Source: Centroscyllium fabricii (taxonomy: Eukaryota). From it: DNA of 64,000 nucleotides. The translations under genes and the position numbers were made by a program. Shown piece after piece: positions 25,263-37,140 of this stretch (its first letter is position 1; each line of letters opens with the position of its first letter). A model generated the notes under the pieces. The model saw nothing but the letters and a program-made list of their open reading frames with translations, did not search any database and was not told where the DNA came from. The stretch is from the NCBI GenBank assembly GCA_051313645.2, contig JBNRSN020000017.1, positions 15,376,001 through 15,440,000 on the forward strand. The letters are read 5' to 3'.

Positions 25263-25834
25263 CAAACATAGCAAAGTGCTAAGGTTAAAGGGGTCTAGGG
25301 GTTTTTAGTAGATTTGATGCTCATTGTGTTTCAGCAGCTATCAATAAACCAAATATAATGCTGAACGATATAGCAAAAAGAAAAGAATATAAGTCAGAGG
25401 AAGTTGTGATTGGACTGTGCAGTGTTCTAAACAGACCACACCTTGAGTATAGAGTCTAGTTCCAATCACCGAGTCACAAGAAACGAACATTCAAGCCCCG
25501 GAGGCAGTTCAGAAAAGATCCCTAGTGTCAGAAGACTGAATTATGAAGAAAGACTGGAGAAATTTTAACTATTTCAGGCATGGAAGGCTTGATTGTGAGG
25601 TGACATTATAGGAGTGCATAAGATAATAAACAGTACAGAAAAAGGTAAATGTGGAACACTACTTCAGCCTAAACCATTCCAACAGGACAAAGGGGGCACG
25701 GGTTCAAACTAGTGAAAGGGAAATTTAACATTATTTCAGAACGTTCTCCACATAGCGTGATCAATACATGGAATGGACAGAGAAATCAATAGTTAAGATA
25801 AAAACCTTGGAATCAATTAGAGGGTGAGAGGGTT

Positions 25835-28316
25835 GGATCTCAAACAAGCGTACTGAGCTTAAATAAAGGAGACTATGAAGGTATGAGAGCGGAATTGATT
25901 AGAGTGGACTGGGAAAACAGATTAAGACGGTACATGATCAGTGGTGTGCATTCAAGGAGTTATTTTACAATGTTCAAGAAAAATATATTCCACTGACGAA
26001 AAAGGGTGTAAAAGAAAAGACAGCCATCCATGGCTAAGTAAAGTAATAAAGGATAGTATCCGACTAAAAACAAGGTTATATAAGGTAGTCAAATCTAGTG
26101 GGAAGATAGAAGATTGGGAAGCTTTTACAAGTCAGCAAAAAATAACATAAAGATTGATTAAGAAACGGAAGATAGATTATGAAAGTAAATTAGCAAACAA
26201 TATAAAATCAGATAGCAAGAGTTTCTATAGTTACATAAAAAGAAAAAGGGTGGCTAAAGTAAATGTTGGTCCCTTAGAGGATGAGACCAGGAAATTAATA
26301 GTAGGGAACATGGAGATGGCAAAAATGCTGAACAAATATTTTGTATCAGTCTTTACAGTAGAGGACACTAAGAATATCCCAACACTGGACAAACAGGGGG
26401 CTTTAGGGGGACGAGCTAAATACGATTAAAGTCACTAAGGAAGTGGTACTCGGTAAAATAATGGGACTTAAGGCGGATAAATCCCCTGGACTGATGGTTT
26501 ACATCCTAGGGTCTTGAGGGAAGTGGTGGTAGGGATTGTGGGTGCATTGGTAATAATTTTTCAAAACTCTCTGGACTCAGCAATGGTCCCGGCAGACTGG
26601 AAAACTGCTAATGTAACGCCTTTATTTAAAAAGGGTAGTAGACAGAAGGTTGGAAACTATAGACCGATTAGCCTAACATCTGTGGTTGGTAAAATGTTAG
26701 AGTCCATTATTAAGGAAACAGTAACAGGACATTTGGATAAGCATAATTTAATAGGACAAAGTCAGCATATTTTTACGAAGGGGAAGTCATGTTTGACAAA
26801 TTTGCTCAAGTTCTTTGAGGACGTAACATACAGGGTGGATAAAGGGGAACTAGTGTATTTAGACTTTCAAAAGGCATTTGACAAGGTGCCACACAAAAGA
26901 TTATTACTCAAGATAAAAAATCACGGGATGGGGTAATATTCTGGCATGGATGGAGAATTGGCTATCTAACAGAAAGCAGAGAGTTGGGATAAATGGTTCA
27001 TTCTCAGACTGGCAATCAGTGACTAGTGGTGTTCTGCAGGGGTCAGTGCTGGGACCCCAACTCTCGACAATCGATATTAACGATTTGGAGGAAGGGACCA
27101 AGTGCAACATATCAAAGTTTGCAGACAATGCAAAGATGGGAGGGAGAGTGATGAGTGAGGAGGACATTAAAAACCTGCAAAAGGACATAGATAGGCTAAG
27201 TGAGTGGGCAGAGATTTGGCAGATGCAATATAATACTGGATAGTGTGAGGTTATGCACTTTGGCAGGAAAATCATAGAGCGAGTTATTATCTTAACGGAA
27301 AGGAACTTGAAAGTACTTCAGTACAAAGGGATCTGGGGGTCCTGGTGCAGGAAACACAAAAAGTTAGTATGCAGGTGCAGCAGGTGATCAGGAAGGCCAA
27401 TGGAATGTTGGCTTTTATTGCTAAGGGGATGGAGTATAAAAACAGGGAGGTCTTGCTGCAGTTGTACAGGTTATTGGTGAGACCACACCTGGAGTACTGC
27501 TTGCAGTTCTGATGTCCATATTTAAGAAAAGACATACTTGCTCTTTAGACAGTACAAAGAAGGTTCACTCGGTTAATCCTGGGGATGAGGGGGCTGACAT
27601 ATGAGGAGAGTTTGAGTAGATTGGGCCTCTACTCATTGGAGTTCAGAAGAATGAGAGGTGATCTTATTGAAACATGTAGATTGTGAAGGAGCTTGATCGA
27701 GTGGATGCAGTGAGGATGTTCCCAATGGTGGGTGAAACTAGAATTCGGGGGCATAATCTTAAAATAAGGGGCTGCCGTTTCAAAACTGAGATGAGGAGAA
27801 ACTTCTTCACTCAGAGGGTGGTAGGTCTGTGGCATTTGCTGCCCCAGAGAGCTGTGGAAGCTACAACATTAAATAAATGTAAAACAGAGATAGACAGTTT
27901 CCTAGAAGTAAAGGGAATTAGGGGTTATGGTGAGCGGGCAGGTAAGTGGACGTGAGACTGGGTTCAGATCAGCTATGTTCCTGTGGGTGGCGGAGGGGGC
28001 CCGGGGGGGCGTGTGGCCTGGTCACCTCTTACAGAAGGTAGGTTCTGCAGGAAATTCAGGGCCAGAGTGGTGATCTGGACGAGTTTTGATCACCTAGATG
28101 TGTCGGAGAGGAATTTCCCAGATTTTTTCTCTCAAATTGGCTGCTGGGTTTTTTATCTGGTTTTTCGCCTCTCCCGGGAGATCACATGGGTTCGGGCGGA
28201 ATGGAGAGTGAAAGTAGATTTGAGGTTAGGATCAGATCAGCCATGATCTTGTTGAATGGCGGAGCAGGCTCCAGGGGCTGATTGGCCGACTCCTGCTCCT
28301 ATTTCTTATGTTCTTA
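25835..28316 (+). mobile_element. Degenerate CR1 LINE (family of 14805-17995, opposite orientation)
   Basis: KRKDSHPWLSK, NYRPISLTS, LDFQKAFDKVPH and KFADNAK, with stops and frameshifts; same tail. Confidence 0.9.
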
Positions 28317-28344
28317 TCATTTAAGAAGCAGCTGATTGTCATGA

Positions 28345-28483
28345 TGGGGAACTGTATGGACTTTCTGCATAGATGTGAACATTTATAAAATGCATTTTAA
28401 TTTAATTAACTGTTTGGGGGAACTGTATGGACTTTCCGCATAGATGTGAACATTTATATAAAATGCATTTTCATTTAATTAAC
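28345..28483. repeat. Two-copy tandem duplication (~70 bp)
   Basis: ggggaactgtatggacttt..catagatgtgaacattta..aaatgcatttt..tttaattaac occurs twice. Confidence 0.85.
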
Positions 28484-28875
28484 CTCTATTTAGATTTAGA
28501 TTCTACCTGACTAATGTATTAGAGATTACAATTTGTAGAACATTTGCTGCAGCATTTCTTGTTGCTAGAAACCACAAAAATGATGATACAGTGTGACAAA
28601 AAAGCTGCACCATTTGCCTCGCCACAAAAATATATGCAAATAGATAAGCAAATATCATAATTCTCAAACACGTAAAATTTTTCACAGCTATGTTTAGACA
28701 CAATGGGGTTGACTTTGACTTTGTGTAAAAATGGGTGACAGTGAGTCGGCAGCCCGCTTCACATCTCTCCCGAGTTTTATTTTCATTGACTTTCTGTCAA
28801 AATCAAGATCTACCCCAATGTTTTAAACGAAAGAGAGATTGGAATATTTACGGATTAATTTAAAACATCCCTTAC

Positions 28876-30158
28876 CTTCTGTTTTATGGCCCTGTCACAC
28901 CTTGACGTTTTAGCCAGCATATGCAAATTTGGCTAAAACGCTGGGTTATGTCGGATATGTTATGGGTACGTTTTGCATACGTTAAGAGCACGCTGGCATA
29001 CGCTGGCCATAAGTTGCATACGTCGTTGTACTCCGAGTAAGTCGAGAAATTTTGAGCATGCACAAAATTTCTCGACGTACCTTGCGTATGATTCACACGT
29101 TCCGCATACGCTGGCCATACGTTGTAGGCACGTTAGGCGATCGTTGACACACGTCGACACACGTTACTTGTAAGTTAGTCATAAGTCAAAATACGTCGAG
29201 ATAATGTCTAGCGTACCCGGAACTTATTTCTAACCTATGAGTAACGTGCTTTGAACCTATGTGTAACGTATCTCCAACGCATATTGACGTATTTGACGTC
29301 TTCCGGACGACCACAGAACTTATGCCCCTGTCATGCCCTGTCACACCTTGACGATTTAGCTAGCGTATGCCGACGTATCAAAATTTATCTAAAACGTCGG
29401 CGATACGCTGCCGCGCGCTATGCATACGTTAGACTATCGTTGGGCATAAGTTGTGAACGCCGACAACACGCTAAGCATTCGTTGGTATAAGTTATCTGTA
29501 ACTTATCGAAACGTTCTGTGTACGTTACTAATACGTATGCATACGTCCAACTTGTTATGAATACGCTATTATACGCCCAAAACTGAAAAAAACATCGATA
29601 GTTCAGCGTTTTAGCCAAATTTGCATACGCTGGCTAAAACGTCAAGGTGTGACAGGGCCATTAGTAGCTGCAACTGAAATAAAGAAAATACAATGAAGTT
29701 TAGACATTCAGCTTTGCATTTACCTCAGTTTGAAAATGAAAAATGACATTAATCATGCCGTACTTTAAAAAAAAATCTGATCCAACAGCCAGCTGTTGAT
29801 ACGAGAAGACCAAGAGCTATTTGAGTTATATTATCTGCTGCACACAGTTAAATACAGAATGTTCCAGGTTATATGGGGTTTAACTGTTTTATATAATCCT
29901 TAACATCAACCTTTAAATAAATCTGTACAACTATACGGTGCTTTGTTCTGCCGGCCATCTATTCCTTTCCTCTTGTGTGGGAGTGGGAGATTTCTTCTGC
30001 ACCTCCTGTGTTAAGAAATTCTAAACGTGTTCTATTAAAAGGGCGTAGAAGTTCTTCTCCCCATGTTTACTTTGCAGAAATAATAAAATAACCTTTATAT
30101 CTTACTTACAAAGCAGTAAAGTCAGAAGCGGAAAGGTGGCTTTCAACATCTTCGTCAT
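28876..30158 (-). pseudogene. 5' coding exons of a host secreted or membrane protein gene, disrupted by the MITE
   Basis: Exon 30265->30110 (cag acceptor, gtaagt donor) encodes (MTK)MLKATFPLLTLLL with a phase-1 end; the reconstructed 21-nt exon 29673->29661 + 28883->28876 (tttcag/gtaag) adds FAATKTE, also phase 1; no downstream exons recognised. Confidence 0.6.
28887..29660. mobile_element. PIF/Harbinger-type MITE (774 bp)
   Basis: 57-bp TIRs tggccctgtcacaccttgacg... with one mismatch; TTA duplicated at 28884-28886 and 29661-29663; no coding capacity. Confidence 0.93.
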
Positions 30159-30422
30159 AATGGTTTGATCAACGAAGTGTTTTTCCTGTAATAACGGTAC
30201 CAACAGATCGACGCAGTACGGGATCTGGGAGTGGTTAGAGGCGTTCTTAAAGAAGCGACTTAGACCTGCTTTGAAAGAAAGGGGAACAAAGATTAACACA
30301 CATCTCAAACTAAAGGCTGACTGAACTACAAGAACAAGCACAATTTGCATTCATCCAAGATCTTAAGTTTAGATAGTGTTAGTAGAAGGCTACTGGTGTT
30401 AAAATAGCATTGTTGCAACTAC

Positions 30423-30560
30423 CTGTGGACAGAATAAGATGACAACAAGTGGGACCAATGAGGACCCCCCACTCACTCAAGCTGGGGCTTTGCTTCCGGG
30501 GGTAGGAAATGAAACCACCACCCCTTATCTAAATTGAAGCACGGTTTCCAAAGTAACATT
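30423..30560 (-). promoter_or_regulatory. Putative promoter and non-coding first exon with an Ets/IRF composite site
   Basis: GGAAATGAAA at 30505-30514, ttccgg (Ets core) at 30494-30499, CCAAT at 30455, donor-like cag|gtag at 30423; all conserved in the duplicate at 53215-53350. Confidence 0.55.
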
Positions 30561-31198
30561 AATCAAAAGTAAAGAAAGCTCACACATTTATAAATATCCC
30601 CACCAACTGTGTAGTTTCCTTCATAAGTGTTTCATTCTCAGCTAAATAGTGGGGGAGGGAACACAGGAAGATTACAAACAAAATCTGCAAAATTGAACTG
30701 TCTAAACTTTCAACTCTGCCCATTTGTACCCAAATTTTGCACTGGGGCCCTACAATGCGGCCCTTGGGTTTTAAAGAAGTTTAAAGCCTCAGGTTAAAGT
30801 AACCCTGGCCTTGCAATGTTACACAAACACATTAACCCGCAGAGATGCTGGGGGGGAATTTCATCTCGCCGTCAGGCGGAGTTTTGTGTGGCCGTGAGCT
30901 GAAAAGAGGAACATTTTGGTTCCCGCCCAAGGCCGCCGATTCCCTGCCGGTTTTGGATTTTTGGGCGGTCTGTTTCCCCGCCCCGAATCTTTCGCGCCGG
31001 CGGGGATGGCTGCTAAGGTCGTTAAGGGCCCTTAATTGGCATGTGTAATGCCATTTTAAGGGCCCTTAGCAATTTTCAGCTGTTTCCCACCCAAACGCCG
31101 CCACCCTAAACCCCGTTCGGTGAAACCTAGCAGGAACACACTCGGATTGCTGAGTATCTGTGGCAGGTCCCTCATTGAAGGCTCATAATTAATCATAA

Positions 31199-31620
31199 TG
31201 TGGAGGTGCCGGTGTTGGACTGGGGTGGACAAATGCAAGAAGTCACACAACACCAGATTTATAGTCCAACGGTTTTATTTTAAATCACAAGCTTTCGGAG
31301 CGCTGCTCCTTCCTCAGGTGGACAGACAGAAGAGACTGATTAAAAGATCACACATATCGGAGGAAGGGAGAAATCCGACCTCTTCCACATCTCACCCCAG
31401 CAGAGACTGAGAGCACACAAAGGCACGTGCCTTTGTGTGCTCTCAGTCTCTGCTGGGGTGAGATGTGGAAGAGGTCGGATTTCTCCCTTCCTCCGATATG
31501 TGTGATCTTTTAATCAGTCTCTTCTGTCTGTCCACCTGAGGAAGGAGCAGCGCTCCGAAAGCTTGTGATTTAAAATAAAACCGTTGGACTATAAATCTGG
31601 TGTTGTGTGACTTCTTGCAT
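31199..31620. mobile_element. Penelope-like inverted pLTR pair: 388-bp perfect palindrome plus a ~34-nt extension
   Basis: Arms 31233-31426/31427-31620; hammerhead core in each arm; flanking repeat cataattaatca at 31184-31195 and 31618-31629. Confidence 0.85.
31533..31567 (+). ncRNA. Minimal hammerhead ribozyme motif (mirror copy on the minus strand at ~31286-31320)
   Basis: cac-CTGAGGA-a-ggagc-agc-gctcc-GAAA-gc-tt-gtg. Confidence 0.75.
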
Positions 31621-31822
31621 AATTAATCAGCCATCATTGGCATTCGCAACCACATTGTTGTCTCAGTCCTGGGGATATTTGCAACAGGCTTCAGCACACC
31701 TGTGGAAGGTTGCATCCTCAAACACTTCTGCAGTGTGACCTGGGAAAGTCCTCTGACTTTCCTGCCCCAACCCCCCACCCCACCCAGTCAGTGCTTCCTC
31801 AGCTGAGGCTGCCAGCACAGCC

Positions 31823-33057
31823 ATGGGAGGCATTTTCTTCCTTCCCTTCTTAGCATTAGATGATCTCCAGCAGGAGCAGTCGCGACGACAGCACCAACAG
31901 CAGCAGCCACACCAGGAGCCACATCAGCAGCAGCAGCCACAGCAGGAGCGAAACGCTCCTGCGGACACTCCGGAGGCAGCATGGGCCAGAAGGCATCAGC
32001 GCATGGAAGGCCGTCGCTGTAGAAGATACCCCCCAAACAGTGTCTACAGAGTCAGGGCCACCTACCTCAACATGAGTGAGCGGTGGTGCCAAAGGCGGCT
32101 CCGACTTTCCCAAGACGCAGTCACAGACATCTGCGCCATGCTGCAGCAACAGCTGGAGCCCAGAACACCAGGTAGACATGCCTTACCAGTGGCCCTAAAC
32201 GTCACCACCGCACTCAACCTTTTTGCCTCGGGCTCATTCCAGGGATCATCAACGGCATCTCCCAGTCGGCTGCACATACTTGCATCACACAGGTAACCTT
32301 TGCCCTCGCCCACAATTTCATCCATTTCACCAGGGATCGCGCAAGTGTGAGGGGGCGAACAATTGGAATAGCTCGTCTGGCAGGCTTCCCAAGGGTGCAG
32401 GGCATCATTGACTGCACACATGTGGCCCTTAGGGCACCCCCCAACAACTCAGTTGCTTTTGTCAACCGCAAGGGCTTCCATTCGTTCAATATTCAACTGG
32501 TGTGTGACCAAAACAAGGAGATTTTGCATGTGTGTGCCAGATACCCTGGCAGTTGCCAGGACTCCTTCGCCCTGCGCCACTCAACCTTGCCTGCGCTCTT
32601 CACACCGCCAGATGAAATTCCGGGATGGCTTCTTGGAGACAAGGGCTATCCCCTCAGGACTTGGCTCATGACACTGGTCAGGAGGCCAGCCAATGAGGCT
32701 GAGGTGAACTACAACTCCAGACACATCTCCACCAGATGCATTATAGAGCACACCATCGGCTTGCTCAAGATGCGTTTCAGATGCTTGGACAGATCAGGTG
32801 GAGCCCTGCAATACTCCCCAGCCAGGGTCTCCAAAATGGTAGTGGTTTGCTGTCAACTTCACAACATGGCACAGCGTCGTGGCTTGCAGATTCCTGACCA
32901 AGACCTGGCTCCTCGCATACCGTCCTCAGATGATGAGGATGAGGATGAGGAAGAGTACGGGGTTGCTCCAGCGCGGCAGCAGCCACCGCCAGTATTATGC
33001 GAGAACATTGCTGCCCGGCAAGCAAGGAACGAGCTCATCCTTGCAAGATTTACTTAG
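31823..33057 (+). pseudogene. Harbinger transposase (HARBI1-like DDE), frameshifted near 32250
   Basis: LNLFASGSFQG, GIIDCTHV, NRKGFHS, YPGS, LLGDKGYP and IEHTIGLLKMRFRCL; AATAAA at 33309. Confidence 0.92.
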
Positions 33058-34452
33058 CCTACTCTCACCATGTTAACTGCAAACATGCGCTTCCATAGCT
33101 CAATGATCCCCAGTATTCCAGGAAGTTCTGAGTGTAGGGGGTGGCCTTGTGGGGGTCCCAATTGCCTCTGAGTGACTTCAGCGCTCGCGCAGGCTCCCAG
33201 GCCCCTGAGGCACCATGCAGTACACTAATGCTCATTTTTCCATCCATCACATGCAATAATGTACACAAACATTAAACGTTCCCACTCTAATATAAGGTTT
33301 AATCAGGAAATAAAACAACCATGGGCAAATGAATGATTGTTGGAGTGAAGAGCAGCACCTATCAATCAGTCCATTTATTTGGTCCCAGCCATCAGACCTA
33401 GCTACATGCAGCTTGGAACGGTCACATATTCATTCTGAGCAATGGAGAAGTTCAGCCAGTCCAGTTTTGAAATTGCACTTTGCTTTCCATTGGCACTCAG
33501 GGTCTACCACTCTCACGTGGTGCCCCTCCCTTTTGAACTGCGCCAGACATTCACAGCTTCCATCTGCTTCTGCTGTGGGGGGTCTCACGGACTTCGTGGT
33601 TGGAGTAAAGTGTTTCCAAGTTGGTCAAGCGACTGAGCTCGTCACTGTGAAGCAAGACAACCTTTGGGTGATCCTGCGTTCCTGGCGAGATGTACCGACA
33701 AATAATGCGAGCGCTGTCCCGTTTTTTCCTGCGACTTTCCTTGCTCTGCATAAAACTTTCCTGGAGGTGTTTCAGGGCTGGGCATCCCAACATCCAGGAG
33801 GAAATATGGGAGACAGTTGCAACAGCTTTTTGGTGGGCCTGGAGACGCCTGGTTGGCCCAGAGTTCTGAGACGCTAGGCATGCTGGCAACATGGCTCATT
33901 CGCCATGTTCCTCAGGGTGATGTGTTGTGGGGGGCCAGCTGCCAAAAGAAAATGTTGGATGCGAGGGAACTTTGCCCAGTTGGCACCTTTATTCGTTGCC
34001 CACCTCCATCCAGATGCAGTTCCGTTATGTTAAGCGTTCACCCCTGAGGATTGTTTTATGTTCATCGTTATTCCTCATGATGTTTGTTCACTCTCCATTC
34101 TGTTGGTTCTGATGCTTGGATGGTTTGCAGCATCATCGTTGTGCTCGCTGGTGTGTCCGTGCCTGCAGGTAAGTCACATTCAATGACCTTCACCATGGAC
34201 CTCCTGTCTGTTATTGAACCTCAAGCGTCTTGCTGTAACTCCTTCTGGCAGCTTGCGTCTGCATCATTGCATAACTGTGAGGGCTGACCGAATGTTGGCC
34301 AGCCTGCATAAGGCATCAATGTGGAATGGCCAGTGGCTCGGTTGCAGACGTGAGAAGTTCAGGATCTCCCATGACCCTTCGTGTATGCTGCTTAAAAGCT
34401 TTGAAGTCCTTATTTAACTAGTTTTCTATCACCCAAGTGACTCCCCTTGTGC

Positions 34453-36712
34453 CTAATAGTGCTTTATTTTTTGTTTACGTGAGCTTCTACGTGGTGCTGT
34501 CCCTGTGGTGTCAGCAGATGTGGAGGCCCCCTGCTCAGTTCCCTGCTGCTCATGTGTGGACACCTTTGGCGGACGTCCTCTGGGGCGGCAAGCCTGTGAG
34601 GACTCGCCACCAGTCTGCGGCTGGGCAGGGGAATGAGACTTCCATCTCAGTTGGGTGGGGACTCCGGCGGGCCTCTGACCGAGGACTCTGCAGTGGCATG
34701 AAAGTGGGAGCGCTTGGAGAGGAGCCCCCACTTCCGGCAAGTGTGCCACCTACCTCCCTCTCATGGGTGAGCTCCCCCTCAGCGCCTGCAAGTGGCTGGA
34801 CAGCACCTTGCTGCACATCAGGGGGACCATGGGGACCCGTATCTGCACTGGAACTCCTACTGTTCCTGGGACTAGGGACAGGGTCCCTGGCAAGGCTTGG
34901 AAGCTAAGCAGGGCCAGGCCCAGTTAGTACTTGGATGGGTGACCACCAGGGAATATCAGGTGCAGAAGGTCACGAAAGGAGCCCCGGGGAGGGGCGGTTG
35001 GCTGAAGATTGTCGGAATGATAGAAAGATGGAATGGCGGTGCACACAGACGCAGCGGCTTTGCTGGACTCTTGGGAGCTTGCAAGATCACATTTCGTTGT
35101 TCATGTACTTGTACATTGTATAATGACAACGCTGAATTATTATTATTGGGAAGGACCTCCATGAAGGTCTGGTTTGGGCGTTCACTAGATGGCCATCGCT
35201 CCTCAAGAGATGTCAGTCTATTGTGAACACTCACCATGTTTTCCACACACTGGCGACTTATCTGCTCCATGGCCGTTGCCATCCTCTCCTCCACTGTCGC
35301 CATCCTTTCCATGGAGGTTGCCATCCTTGCCATGGTGATGTGGTTATGCGCCACTGACTCCACAAAGGCTCTGCAAATGCTCGCTACGGACTCCTCCATT
35401 TGCTTCACACTCGCAGCTACCTCAGAGACAAAACCTGCCAGACACGCCTGCATCTCTGTCTGGAGTCCCATCAGCTGTACTCTGCCAGAGGCACAGGGTC
35501 CACATGCAGCTGAGCTAAGCTGGCAGAGTCCTGCGCCCTCCGACTAAGACTCTGCAATGCTGTCCCTGTCTCCACAATCTGCTGAGGCTCACTTGTGGTT
35601 TGTGAATCACCCGGTGACAATCCTAAGCTATGTCCCGAGGGTCCCACCGAGGTGCGAGTATCTGTGCTGGTGCTGGGTGGCGTCAGTGCTGCTGACGCCG
35701 CACCCTCAAAGGTGGGAGCTTCCTTTGAGGATTGCACGTGGCCAAACTCTTCAGCAGAAACACTGGCCAGGTGCTCTGCTGATGGTCCTGTGGGGCAGTA
35801 AAGGAAGAAGTTAGAGATGTGATACCAAGGTTACATTCACATAGCATTCAGCAGATGAGCAGAAGTCCATCTGAAGTGCTTTTATATTCATTGTGGCAGA
35901 CTGATGCGATAGCTATGATAGAGATATTAAGCAATTCTGTCACCAGCTTCCGAAGCGGACCCTGCCTCTCCCTCGCCCACTCCCGACGCTTCTCCATCTC
36001 CCACAATTTCCATCACTCCCTCCTCCCAGGTGGTCAGCTGCATGATGGAGGGGGGGCCTCCTCCAGTCCTGGCTCTCTCCCGCTTGTTGGTGGCTGTCTT
36101 TTCCTGCAATGAGGGAGAGAAGTGGAGGTTGAGTGAGAAGGAAGGCATTTGTGCAGCGAGTGAACAGCAAAGATCGTTGGAGGGAGAGAAAGATGGAGTA
36201 AGGCTGCAAGACCAAGGGCTCTCCCTGTGTGCTGTCAGATGTGCTGCAAACATGGGAGTGTGCGGGCTGCATGGTTGAAAAGGGCTGTGAATGTGACTAT
36301 AGAGAGAAAGGGAATGGGTAAGGGTGTTTGGAGGTGATAGTGAAGTGGGATGTGGAGGAAGGGACTGGTGGAGCTAAGTGCTGTTGAGGAAAGGTGAGGG
36401 GGATCAGATTGAGGGTGATGGAAAATTAATACTTACTTTAGCAGTGCGGTGAAGGTCATGGAATCTCTTCCTGCACTGGAGCCAGGACCGTGGTCTTATT
36501 CCCAAGGAGGTCACCCCCTCAGCCACCTGCAGCCAAGCAGCCTTCGTCTGGGAGGGAGGTCTCTTCCTCCCTGAGGAGGGGAAGAGAACCTCCCTGTGGG
36601 TCCTAGCCCCCTCTACTAAGGCACCCAAAGAAGCATCATCAAATTTGGGGGCGGGTTGTCCCCTGCCGCTGCCCGAAGCACCATCCTCCCGCTGCAACAT
36701 TCTGCTATGCAT
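34453..36712 (-). pseudogene. Harbinger Myb/SANT-like DNA-binding protein gene, three exons (36712-36437, 36103-35944, 35787-34453), disrupted
   Basis: APKFDDASLGALVE..AAWLQVAE..RSWLQCRKRFHDL, then ERARTGGGPP; GT-AG splice sites; SINE insertion and frameshifts in exon 3. Confidence 0.85.
34896..35147 (+). mobile_element. 5S-rRNA-derived SINE (SINE3), 5'-truncated
   Basis: ggaagctaagcagggccaggcccagttagtacttggatgggtgaccaccagggaatatcaggtgcagaagg matches the 3' part of 5S rRNA (boxes A, IE, C); unrelated body; ends in (att)n. Confidence 0.8.
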
Positions 36713-36850
36713 TAGCAGAATGCTGAGGAGTGCGGGAGGCGAGCTGTGTTCATTAAAAGAAACAGGAATGCTGATGTCATAATGTGCGACTTTCTGACTG
36801 GAAATCCTAGATTGAGAAGGCTTCCCACAGGCAGGGATTTATTTGGGCAC

Positions 36851-37140
36851 TGTGGTAACCGTAATTACCAGTATGTATATAGGAATGTGTTCATCGGCAG
36901 CTCTGTACATTGTGTGTATATATATGGATGTATTCACCTCCAACTCTGTACATTATGTATAAGGCCAGGTCGGCCACACCTCTAACTCCTCCCCTCAGGT
37001 GGGAGCTTATAGGTGAGGGCCGCCCTGCCCCCGCTCATTCTCAGCTTGAACTCGACAGGAGACTAGCTCCATTATAAGTGAATAAAAGCCTGTAGTTTGG
37101 GTAACTACTCGTCTTTCTTGTCTTGATAGACGATACGTCA
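36851..37140 (+). mobile_element. Solo LTR (290 bp) related to the 38840 and 54118 Gypsy LTRs
   Basis: tgtggtaacc...atacgtca; perfect GGCAC TSD; AATAAA at 37081. Confidence 0.9.

Noticed and set aside
28507-28564. Possible next exon of the host gene (ATRNAAANVLQIVISNTLV)
   Set aside because: Weak donor and no recognisable domain; could be chance
28705-28816. Tiny MITE-like element with AAT flanks
   Set aside because: TIRs too short and degenerate to support
34896-34970. Functional 5S rRNA gene
   Set aside because: 5' part missing, many substitutions, no T-run terminator, followed by a SINE-like body
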